Source: Anaerolineae bacterium
GTDB lineage: Bacteria > Chloroflexota > Anaerolineae > Epilineales > Epilineaceae
Assembly (NCBI GenBank): GCA_029262755.1
Contig: JAJCYU010000205.1
Location: 1 to 33,469 of the forward strand
Length of the DNA: 33,469 bases
Direction of reading: 5' to 3'
Notes under the pieces: model-generated
What the model was told of the DNA's origin: nothing
The model's input: the letters and a program-made list of their open reading frames with translations, nothing else
The model's database searches: none
Part shown: positions 9,601-18,094 of the stretch, in pieces
Layout of the letters: each line of letters opens with the position of its first letter
How positions within the stretch are numbered: position 1 is the first letter of the stretch
Made by a program: the position numbers and the translations under genes

Positions 9601-10232
9601 GCCAGCCGCTGGTAGACCCGCCGCGCATCCAGACGGTGGTCATGCTGGAGAAGTGGGCGGACCCGGCGCGCACGATGCGGCGCGAAGCGGTGGCCTACAA
9701 CGCGCAGGAAGAGTGCCTGCTCTACGACTGGCAGCTGGGGTCGGGCAAGGGCGGGACGAGCTCGGGCAGCGCCGTGTTCGCGGTGCCGCTGATGGCGAAG
9801 GGCAACCGCGGGATCACCACCGAGCTGGGCATCACGAACCTGGTGCCGAAGCCCGGCTTCACAGACTTCGTGGTGTACCTCTTCGACCAGAACGGGATGA
9901 TCGACTTCGTGTGCGAGAAGCTCAACGAGAAGCAGGTGGAGTACATCGACCTGAACTCGTGGGGCGCGATCCAGCCGGGCTACTTGGGCTCGGCGGTGGT
10001 GAGCGCGGTCTTCTGGGAGCACGATGTGTTCGACGCGCAGGGCGGCTTCGTGCGCAACCTGGTGGGCTTGGGCGGCGTGGCCGTCGAGCGCATCGGGGGC
10101 ACGCTGGGCACGGAGGACGTGCCGGGCGACGAGTCGAAGGCCTTCGAGGGCTTCCCGACCTTCGATCACTTCCTTGCACCGGTGGAGCCGAATTGCCCCG
10201 GCGTGAGCGGGCGCTTGCGACCCGGGAGCTAA
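3621..10232 (+). CDS. Giant secreted protein (~2200 aa): signal peptide, 8-9 DUF11-like Ig repeats, inserted CHRD domain, conserved four-repeat C-terminal block
   Basis: GAGAGGA RBS before ATG 3621. Signal peptide ends ...GTAHA/QD. Repeated ADL-x3-K...Y-x5-N-x-GP...TDxLP motifs. CHRD motifs (LTGASEVPPV, AAHIH, FYVNVHT, GEIRGQI) at ~7542-7889. Confidence 0.88.
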   Translation: MLKTPGPRTDGAPRWLMFALAALLAVVAIPVFGSGTAHAQDVVVDFEVDPPISAIAGDTPFFGSLTTFSFDVEVFNDSEDDAEDVVFEFFVPKHTFVTAITFGGDPLNCQAGTPGDSNNPANCRLGTLNEGDDPIIVHIELNVNADTPELTWLDIDVQACYEDDDSDGAPQTSCDGDEFPSDNEAHAFTFVRTAADLNIVKSHTPAGSTLNAGEDIDYVSTVTNSGPSVARGMFFTDTLPPGVIFQGVEVYDQHGSRLPLGGDLNCGFQSTQGPSGTVWCELGDLPPGQPIQAQLRIVISAQIAPSAPAGFICNTSSVRSLQTTNFTADTDFAPFAGDLSNPDCVTLRDRAQVVIRKSSSPLHPVAGETFLWSYEIENLGPTDARDVLFTDTLPQGLAADGSTVYFDYIDDQAHAFCSEVSSSPSVINCRPTGSPFTAPPYVLPAGETVTFSVLVRIPAELVPGTYTNTGSVAIDNSTFTITTFSDDIEVRSVADLKVQKFVSPHNPVRAGEQFTYTILVDNLGPSTAYNIVVTDTLISSGLVRANGCSLAIRTSGGSIDEFSCNFALSTGVFDFATMGANHLNPRSTTDMGRAIITINATADQPIDLTNTVTVRSDSFDPDLANNMAMVAHSVSAVSDIAVTKTAMGEIVDPACGTAWIFDPNDPGVFPAPGFVASPTNVTAGRRISYTLTVTNNGPSHAENVVLSDRLPAGVTVVPGSLVASQGSCQTGTPGDPDDRLTCGIGYLPAGDSATVTFNVVTDNDLAPAMVLENDVFASADQFDDDNANNYAFTQTIVNTWADTEITKISVGDNITGYDATTMRPIHTDVAGQATAGLELRYELTVQNRGPSVVRNAQVLDLLPGQQDTGLDHDPVTFLRADGAYCRPADELQEFGVFGAGGGKFGQVLWCNLGDLAPGERVTFDIYVSVDPSVPDATTLTNGAFVWWGASSPPAQPGGFLGFPFPQIPPFSPITDDPCLDNNYFETDTLINAVADVGGPIPGLGESSVRKMDVPAEDRLDRPFEPDLAIAGDEHRYEITIGNAGPSDAQGLTVIDTLDFKQAGIAGETFLRCEPLDPDDEVTCIPGPGPNQITVQELIVQNEPIITGGVGVLPSMSFFQFYLITEVDSGYVLDADDTGTANGLVAQNQIDATATTTDFNLANNTDREITEIIAEADLRVTLVDDAAGFMACDPVEPGGTIFYEATVYNDGPSDARAVILEIQLPTGGVALDPDQVMVVAGNGAVIEVRDDGRILVAVGNDPNNEGVNELARLNAGNFDTIQIEAMVTADAVCGEDIAATATVRTTRSYFAPLTGASEVPPVVTGAVGRSWFFLDESSLELLYFIDVANIDNIVAAHIHRGMVGMNGPVVFTLYGGAPPPFGPGNPIGGVVQLSAGDVADLDAQRFYVNVHTTDVPSGEIRGQIALDPAAPTPYAPGIGLGPRTPTLDPNPLNNTDAETTTVVCPAIAVRKTVSFDGQCPGVDLSTVVNQTGQAVTYCYEISNTGTTFLDTILLTDTLTTRTTMATVIFTDVITAGPVDPKLPLGPGETVLSQVTVPHVTKECGTATDVVDVTAVAVNSGRTLMPCINGATAQDTALIEIPCDGVGHRLQLPVVGGENCDTWIQVQNVGNRDTKAMLVFWGEPGACPPQAAGPLKVECSGLLAPGTAWSFAANQIPAGANSGMVYTLPTDKVVDYLGQRLSFADLACMRLFDMIVGSHEWWYRFDTAYRAQEKFYGPFGPSGEQLVLDFETYLGEPLAATVNRACPDPTDPNVVVHAAYRGVSADEEGARDPVYSGYTYYAPLVFAGRGELNSTLYIHNSGDECTSLELWFSAQDNCLRSILGDVLSLAPGETVTFDPNTVIGPDWLGSAWIRASQPLGLIVDSMAPNHFTSYAGVPADVYDLGFSLGNQINFAPLIYSEYQGWDSVLQVQNMSGVNAAKVKVYFLDRSGDVITTLVDWVCPRGSQTFVLPVIGALPGNWVGSARAESQEWWTPGQPLVDPPRIQTVVMLEKWADPARTMRREAVAYNAQEECLLYDWQLGSGKGGTSSGSAVFAVPLMAKGNRGITTELGITNLVPKPGFTDFVVYLFDQNGMIDFVCEKLNEKQVEYIDLNSWGAIQPGYLGSAVVSAVFWEHDVFDAQGGFVRNLVGLGGVAVERIGGTLGTEDVPGDESKAFEGFPTFDHFLAPVEPNCPGVSGRLRPGS

Positions 10233-10269
10233 TCGGCAGGACGTAGCAGCAACGTAGCAAGAATTCAAG

Positions 10270-10303
10270 AGCGGGGAGGGCAGCGATGCCCTCCCCGCTT
10301 CTT
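10270..10303 (+). terminator. Intrinsic terminator after the giant protein gene
   Basis: 13-bp stem AGCGGGGAGGGCA-GCGA-TGCCCTCCCCGCT with a GNRA loop, followed by TCTT; starts 38 bp after the stop codon. Confidence 0.75.
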
Positions 10304-10444
10304 GCTGCAAAGGCGCCGTAGGAGCCCTTACGCGCCGGCCTGACCCAAGTCCGAAGACGTCTGCGACGTTCAGCGCCGCCAACGTATCGCCGTCGCTGTC
10401 TAGACGGCACCGCGTTGAATTCGCTCGATCAGCGCTTCACGGGC

Positions 10445-10547
10445 AAAAAGAATGCATGCGCCCGACCCTGGCAGCGGTGCTGAGCCATGCGCCCGGCGGA
10501 CTGATCGGAACCCGGGGCATCAACCCGAGGTGCCATCGCACTCATCC
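10445..10547 (-). ncRNA. Candidate ~100-nt structured small RNA (unassigned family; strand uncertain)
   Basis: On the minus strand 5' GGAUGAGUGCG pairs with 3' CGCAUGCAUUC (one mismatch, two G-U), enclosing three hairpins, followed by UUUUU. A TACGTT -10-like hexamer lies 8 nt upstream. Confidence 0.3.
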
Positions 10548-10552
10548 AGCAG

Positions 10553-10610
10553 CCAAACGTACTGCCAAACGGTTGTCGATCTGACTTCACCCCAAACGGT
10601 TGGTTGTCGA
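10553..10610. repeat. Short direct-repeat cluster (CCAAACG x3; CCAAACGGTTG x2; GGTTGTCGA x2)
   Basis: CCAAACG at 10553, 10565 and 10592; GGTTGTCGA at 10571 and 10602. Confidence 0.6.
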
Positions 10611-10669
10611 GCAGCCGTTCACGTTGATCGACGCGGTTCGTAGAGCCGACGCTCGCATGGAGACCGGCT

Positions 10670-10696
10670 CCCGCGGTGGCCCGTGGCCACCGCGGG
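10670..10696 (-). terminator. 12-bp perfect hairpin just downstream of the 10717..12198 gene
   Basis: CCCGCGGTGGCC-CGT-GGCCACCGCGGG, 20 bp past the stop codon; no clear U tract. Confidence 0.45.
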
Positions 10697-10716
10697 CTTC
10701 CTTCAACCGTTCGAAT

Positions 10717-12198
10717 CTACGGCGCGACGTCGTAGCGGCAGCGGGCTTCGAGGCCGAAGTCCGGCATCGTGGCGATGATGGTGCGTCGTCCGGGCTCGCC
10801 GAGGATGCCGAGCGCGGCGGCCCACGGACGGCCGTTTACGATCGGACCGTCGTAGAGCGGTCGCTCGCCGGGGGGCGCGTGATCGATCACGATGCGGCCG
10901 CTACGCGTGCTGCTGAAGCGGGCGAAGAGGATCGTGCCGGGGCGGTAGGAGCGATCGCAGCCGGCCGACAGCCACAGGCGCAGGTCGGCGGGCGCAGGCG
11001 TGGGCGTCGGGCCCGCGGTTGGTCGGGCTGTGGGGCGCGGCGTGTTCGTTGGGGGCAGCGGCGTCGGCGGGTTGCCGGCCGCGGCCTCGAGGACAAGCAC
11101 CTGGTTGCGCGCCCGATCGTCGACGGCCAGGAGCAAGCGATCGTCGTAGGAGGCCATGGCCAAGCCCGCGGCCGCGCCCGAAGGCCAGCCTCCGGTGAGG
11201 ACCGTGCCCCAATCGCCGTTGCTGGCGTCGCGGATGGCGTAGTGATACGTGCCCGGCGGTCCCTCCCATACCAGGTGCGTGTTCTCCTTGGGTCCGAGCG
11301 CCATCGCCACGTGCGTGGCTGCCTGCTCGCCGCCTGGAAGCTCCGTCTCCAGGTCCCAAACCGCATCGTCACGTCGCGCCCAGACGGGGCCGGTGGCGGT
11401 GGGAAACGCGAGCTGCGGCACGTCGCCGCGATCCAGGACCAGCGCGATACGCCCAACCACGTCCACGGGGCTGATCACGGTCATGTTGGCGCGGCGCGGA
11501 AGGTCGCGCTCGTAGTACACGGAGCTGTTGGTCAGATCGTGATAGGCCACGTGATATGCGTCATCGGCGCCGACGGCGACGGCTCCGTGCCGGCCCACGT
11601 CCCCGATGGCGTTCGTGCGCAGGTTGAAGTCCTCCCGTGAGGCCCGCCACCGGCCCTGGCGCCAATCGAGGTTGGTCGCCGAATGGAAGCCGATGTGAGG
11701 ATCACCGCCCGCGGCGACCGCCAATGCCACCTCCGTGCCGCTCGGGTTGCTCGCCTCGACCTTGATGCGCTTCCACGTGCCGTCTGATTCGGGGAACGCG
11801 TAGCGCACACCGTAACGCGGATAGTCGTACGCGACGTGAAGCGCATCCCCGGCCACCGCGATCGAGGTCGTGGCCCCGATGTCCTCCGGGCCGTCGACGC
11901 GGGTCGCGGTCCATTCGCCGCCGGCCTCGGCTACGTGGAGCACCTCGGCTCCCGACGGGCCTTCCGGACCGTACAGCGCGAGGTGCGCCTGACCGGAAGC
12001 GTCGAAGGCGATGGAGGGACGGCTACCCGGAATCGTGCCTATGGTCTGCCAGACAATCTGATCCGGAGATGCGGCGGCGCGCGGCACCGTCGCGTGCGCT
12101 GCGCCCAACGCGAGCGACGCGATACTCACCGCGAGCGCGGGAATCCACGCGACGCGCGCGGCCTTCTTCAGCATGTGAATCGTCTTCGAAACGCCCAT
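10717..12198 (-). CDS. Secreted seven-bladed beta-propeller protein with Pro/Thr linker and small C-terminal Cys-paired domain
   Basis: GGAAGGAAGGG RBS before ATG 12198. Signal peptide ending AAHA. Seven repeats of the type SIAFDASGQAHLALY / SIAVAGDALHVAY / AVAVGADDAYHVAY. PPTPLPPTNTPRPT linker. Confidence 0.75.
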   Translation of the reverse strand: MGVSKTIHMLKKAARVAWIPALAVSIASLALGAAHATVPRAAASPDQIVWQTIGTIPGSRPSIAFDASGQAHLALYGPEGPSGAEVLHVAEAGGEWTATRVDGPEDIGATTSIAVAGDALHVAYDYPRYGVRYAFPESDGTWKRIKVEASNPSGTEVALAVAAGGDPHIGFHSATNLDWRQGRWRASREDFNLRTNAIGDVGRHGAVAVGADDAYHVAYHDLTNSSVYYERDLPRRANMTVISPVDVVGRIALVLDRGDVPQLAFPTATGPVWARRDDAVWDLETELPGGEQAATHVAMALGPKENTHLVWEGPPGTYHYAIRDASNGDWGTVLTGGWPSGAAAGLAMASYDDRLLLAVDDRARNQVLVLEAAAGNPPTPLPPTNTPRPTARPTAGPTPTPAPADLRLWLSAGCDRSYRPGTILFARFSSTRSGRIVIDHAPPGERPLYDGPIVNGRPWAAALGILGEPGRRTIIATMPDFGLEARCRYDVAP

Positions 12199-12243
12199 GA
12201 AAATCCCTTCCTTCCGGCGTGCGGCAAGGGGTCGCCGCACTGA

Positions 12244-12270
12244 ATTATTCTTGTCCATATGAACAATAAT
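12244..12270. promoter_or_regulatory. AT-rich imperfect palindrome over the sufB -35; candidate SufR operator
   Basis: ATTATTCTTGTCCATATGAACAATAAT with ATTATT/AATAAT arms; 18/27 identity to the reverse complement of 21679..21705. Confidence 0.55.
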
Positions 12271-12279
12271 CGCTATACT
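12251..12279 (+). promoter_or_regulatory. Sigma70-type promoter of sufBCDU
   Basis: TTGTCC-17 bp-TATACT, ~120 bp upstream of sufB. Confidence 0.75.
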
Positions 12280-12397
12280 CGAACGCTGCGTTGACCGCCC
12301 CAAACGGGCATCGGCGCACCCCTAATCATCGCGTGAAACAGGGGTTCGCGGCAAACGTGAGCCCCTTGCTCGGCACGGTAAATCAGGAGCAGCCCCT

Positions 12398-13846
<1,449 letters not shown>

Positions 13847-13924
13847 GGCTCCTGCCCACGAAGTTCCGTCACCCACCGCATCCGGTGCATTGCGCCGGCC
13901 GATAGCAAGCGAGAAGACACCATC

Positions 13925-14697
<773 letters not shown>

Positions 14698-14701
<4 letters not shown>

Positions 14702-16098
14702 GCGGATCCAATGCAACTGCCCCGAACGACTCGTCTCCCGTCCTGAACGCGGTCGGCGACGGCGCGGCCGGACGCTTCGTCGCGGACTTCAAAGCGACCT
14801 CGGGTCAGCTGTCCACCAACGGCCAGTCGTGGCTCGCGCCCATGCGCAGTGCGGCGATCGAGCGCTTCGCGACGCTCGGATTGCCGACGAGGCGCGACGA
14901 AGCGTGGCGCAAGACCGATTTGCGCTCGCTAGCCCGGACTGCCTTTCGCCCGGCCGCCGAGGTCGTTGCACCGGACGCAGACGCCATTACCGCACGCGTA
15001 GCGCAGCTGGCGTTCCCGTCCGTAGCAACGACGCGGCTCGTGTTCGTCAACGGGCGTTTCGCGCCGGAGCATTCCGACGCGTACGTACCGACCGACGCGG
15101 TGCGCGTCGAGCCCCTCGCGCATACGCTACGGGAAGCGCCTGAGCTTGCACAGCCGCACCTGGGTCGCGTGACGGAAAATGATGCGGATGCCTTCGGCGA
15201 GCTGAACACGGCGTTTATGACCGACGGCGGATTTGTGCTCGTGCCGGACGGCGTCACCGTAGTCACGCCCATCCACTTGATCTTCCTCACCGCGCCGGCG
15301 GACGGACCCGTGGCCCAGTATCCGCGCAATCTGTTCGTGATTGGAGACGGTGCAACCGCCACGATTCTGGAATCCTACGCGGGCGTCAACGACACGGACG
15401 TGTACCTCACGAACGCCTATAGCGAGGCGGTGGTCGGCGTCGAGGGCAACCTGACCCACTACAAGCTGCAGCGAGAGAGCGAGTCCGCGTACCACGTGGC
15501 GCGCTTGCAAGGGCGCCAGGAGAACGAGAGCACGATCACCAACACCAACGTCGCGCTAGGCGGCCGAATGGCCCGTACCGACATCGACCTGCACGTGGAC
15601 GGTAGCCGCTGCGAGACGATCATGAAGGGCCTCTACATGGCCCACGGCGAGCAGCACATCGACAACTACACCCGCCTAGATCACGCGCAGCCGGATTGCC
15701 ACAGCCACGAGCGCTACAAGGGCATCTTGGACGGGCGTTCCAGTGCCGTATTCACGGGCCGTATTCTGGTGCGGCAAGATGCGCAGCAGACGGACGCCAT
15801 CCAGGAGAACAGCGGATTGCTCCTCTCACGCGATGCTGCGCTCAGCACGCAGCCTCAGCTCGAGATCTTTGCCGATGACGTGAAGTGCACACACGGCGCC
15901 ACCGTGGGTGAACTACCGGAGAACCAACTGTTTTACCTCCGTGCGCGCGGTATCTCGACGGAAGAGGCCACGGGCATCCTGGCCTACGGCTACGCGAACG
16001 AGATTATCGAAGACATCGAGATCGAGCCGTTGCGTGAGCAGTTGGAGCAACTGATCCGCCTCCGCGTCCGAGAGCGCTTCGCCGCGCTCAAGCGCTAG
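14698..16098 (+). CDS. sufD: Fe-S assembly protein SufD
   Basis: ATGA overlap with the sufC stop. Motifs [52 protein letters not shown]. Confidence 0.96.
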
Positions 16099-16114
16099 CG
16101 GCGGCTACGTTCCG

Positions 16115-16729
16115 GTGAGCGATCTCTCCGACCTGTACCAAGAGGTCGTCGTCGAGCATGCGCGGAGCCCCCGCAACGCAGGCGTGCTGGAGGGCGAAGG
16201 CGTATTGCGTGCGGACGGCGACAATCCGCTGTGCGGCGACCGGATCACCGTGATGCTTGAGATCGACGCCGAGGAGCGGATCCGTGAGATTCGCTTTACC
16301 GGAGATGGCTGTGCGATCTCGACGGCCTCGGCGTCGCTCATGACGGAGGCCGTCACGGGTCTCGGCGTCGCGGACGCGTTGGCGCTCTTCGCCCGGTTCC
16401 GGGAGGTCATGACGACCGATGCAGATCCCGGCGCGACGTCGGCGGACGTGCTCAACACCGCCGCACGCGATGCGACGGTCGTGGATGGCGCCGATGTGGG
16501 GCATGCGGGCGTAGAGAGCGCAGACCCCGATAGCGTACCGCCCCTCGGTATGCTCGAAGCGTTGGTTGGCGTGCGTGCCTATCCCATGCGCGTGAAGTGC
16601 GCGACCCTGGCGTGGCACACGCTGCGCGCAGCGTTGCCGGACGAACCGGCCGCCGTCGCACCTACGACGCGGACCGTGCCCGTATCCGGTCGCGCCGCGG
16701 ACAGCGTCCCAGTGGTGTCCACCGAGTAA
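16115..16729 (+). CDS. sufU: SufU (IscU-like sulfur transfer protein) with an internal insertion and C-terminal extension
   Basis: LYQEVVVEHARSPRN, NPLCGD, GCAISTASAS, RVKCATLAWH; GTG start 16 bp after sufD. Confidence 0.92.
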   Translation: MSDLSDLYQEVVVEHARSPRNAGVLEGEGVLRADGDNPLCGDRITVMLEIDAEERIREIRFTGDGCAISTASASLMTEAVTGLGVADALALFARFREVMTTDADPGATSADVLNTAARDATVVDGADVGHAGVESADPDSVPPLGMLEALVGVRAYPMRVKCATLAWHTLRAALPDEPAAVAPTTRTVPVSGRAADSVPVVSTE

Positions 16730-16776
16730 GGGCGCCGCACACGATCCCGCTTGCCCCTATCCATCGACTCGCGCCT

Positions 16777-17925
16777 TCAGCGTTGCAGGATGAGCGTACC
16801 GAAGGTGCGGGGATCGGTCCACGATCGGGACGGGCTGCTCGAGATCATGGTCAGCTGCACGGGGGTAGGCAGGTCGTTGTCGCTGACGTTCAACGCCCAG
16901 CCGATCGCCTCGGTGCGAAGCGGATCCACCCCCAAGAGCGCCCACGGAATCGCGCACTCGATCGCGTAGCCGTTGTTATGAAGCAAGGCCGCTAGCCGGA
17001 TGCCGCCTGCGTCGCGGTCCGTGGGGCGCCACGTCCAGGCTTCGGGCTCGCGGCCCTCGAAATTGCCGGGCGATAGGCCGATCTGCCAGTCGTCCCCGTT
17101 ATAGGTGCCCATGTCCCAATCCGCTTCGAGGTCTGTGTCGAGCTGGAGTTCGAGGCTGTCGCCAAGGTACATCTTGCGTCCCGCGGCGCCGTCCGGCTGG
17201 CTGAATACGTTGTCGAACACGCGCACCGCTACGTATAGCGCGTTCTCGTCCCAGCCCGTCCATGCTCGGGCGGTGATGTCCAACGCGCCTTCGAAGTGCT
17301 CCGGTTCGCCGAAGACGACCGCGTCGAATGCGGTGTGGTCATGTAGCCACTCGTTGAGCCCTCCATCGATCTCCGGCGACGTTGCGAAGCGCGGTGCAGT
17401 CCAGACGGGATTGCCCGGCCTGGTGCGGGCGGAGGGCGTCGGCGTGGGTGTAGGGACGCGTGTGGCCGTTGAAATCGTCTGTCCGGCCGCAGCAGAAGTT
17501 GGGATTGTCGGCTCGGAACCACCCGTGCCACCGGAGTCCGAGGCGCCCTGCAGCGCCAGCGACGTCGCCTGCGCAGCCGCGCCGGCCATGGCGCCCCCGC
17601 CCGTACCGGTGCTGGTGCCTTCCGACGGCGTCGCCTTCGGTTCGCCCGGCGTAGGCGCGGTCAGGGAGACAGCGGCACGGCCCTCGGAGGCTGGGGACGG
17701 CGCGAGGGCGACCTCGCTCGCGCGCCGGTCAAGAAATCGGGTAGCGAGCAACCCGGTCACGGTCAGCGCGAAAAGCGCGAGCGTGGCTGCACCCATCCGG
17801 CGCACCGCGGGGGAGCGGCCTCCCGAAACGCTGTCGGCTACGTTCAGGTCCGTCTGCGGCGAGCCGCATTCGGCGCAGTACCAGCTTGCGCCCTGGTTGC
17901 GATGACCGCACTTTGCGCAGATCAC
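16777..17925 (-). CDS. Membrane-anchored protein: zinc ribbon, single TM helix, Ser/Thr/Pro linker, CBM9-like sugar-binding domain
   Basis: N-terminal CAKCG...CAECG; hydrophobic ATLALFALTVTGLL; PEIDGGLNEW...WDENALYVAVRVFD...GDSLEL...GYAIECAIPW is typical of CBM9-like domains. Confidence 0.8.
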   Translation of the reverse strand: MICAKCGHRNQGASWYCAECGSPQTDLNVADSVSGGRSPAVRRMGAATLALFALTVTGLLATRFLDRRASEVALAPSPASEGRAAVSLTAPTPGEPKATPSEGTSTGTGGGAMAGAAAQATSLALQGASDSGGTGGSEPTIPTSAAAGQTISTATRVPTPTPTPSARTRPGNPVWTAPRFATSPEIDGGLNEWLHDHTAFDAVVFGEPEHFEGALDITARAWTGWDENALYVAVRVFDNVFSQPDGAAGRKMYLGDSLELQLDTDLEADWDMGTYNGDDWQIGLSPGNFEGREPEAWTWRPTDRDAGGIRLAALLHNNGYAIECAIPWALLGVDPLRTEAIGWALNVSDNDLPTPVQLTMISSSPSRSWTDPRTFGTLILQR

Positions 17926-18094
17926 GGCCGGCCACTCATGCGGAAGCGTAGGTGGCCACCGCAGCGTCCGACGACCCGTCGACCTGTGTGGCGAGGCACC
18001 ACGATCCGCCGGCGGACGACGCTCCCACTGACGATAGGGAACATACCTTCAAATGACGCCTCGGAAACTAGTTGCTCTGCGCCCCGACCAAGCC

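Noticed and set aside
2..10232. Diversity-generating retroelement (template/variable repeat) explanation for paralog similarity
   Set aside because: No reverse transcriptase in the window. The similarity spans kilobases of coding sequence and the differences are not adenine-specific.
10505..10547. Minus-strand ATGAGTGC...TGCCCCGGGT resembling SAM-IV; GGGTTCCG resembling ykkC
   Set aside because: Only short fragments match; spacing and the other conserved core elements are missing.
10540..10620. Minus-strand TTTGGGGTGAA resembling the c-di-AMP (ydaO) riboswitch core
   Set aside because: The flanking GGGGAACC and CCCGAACCCGTCAGCTAAC elements are absent, and there is no downstream gene.
10452..10643. 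63-aa plus-strand ORF in the intergenic region
   Set aside because: No RBS, no coding-type codon bias and no recognisable motif.
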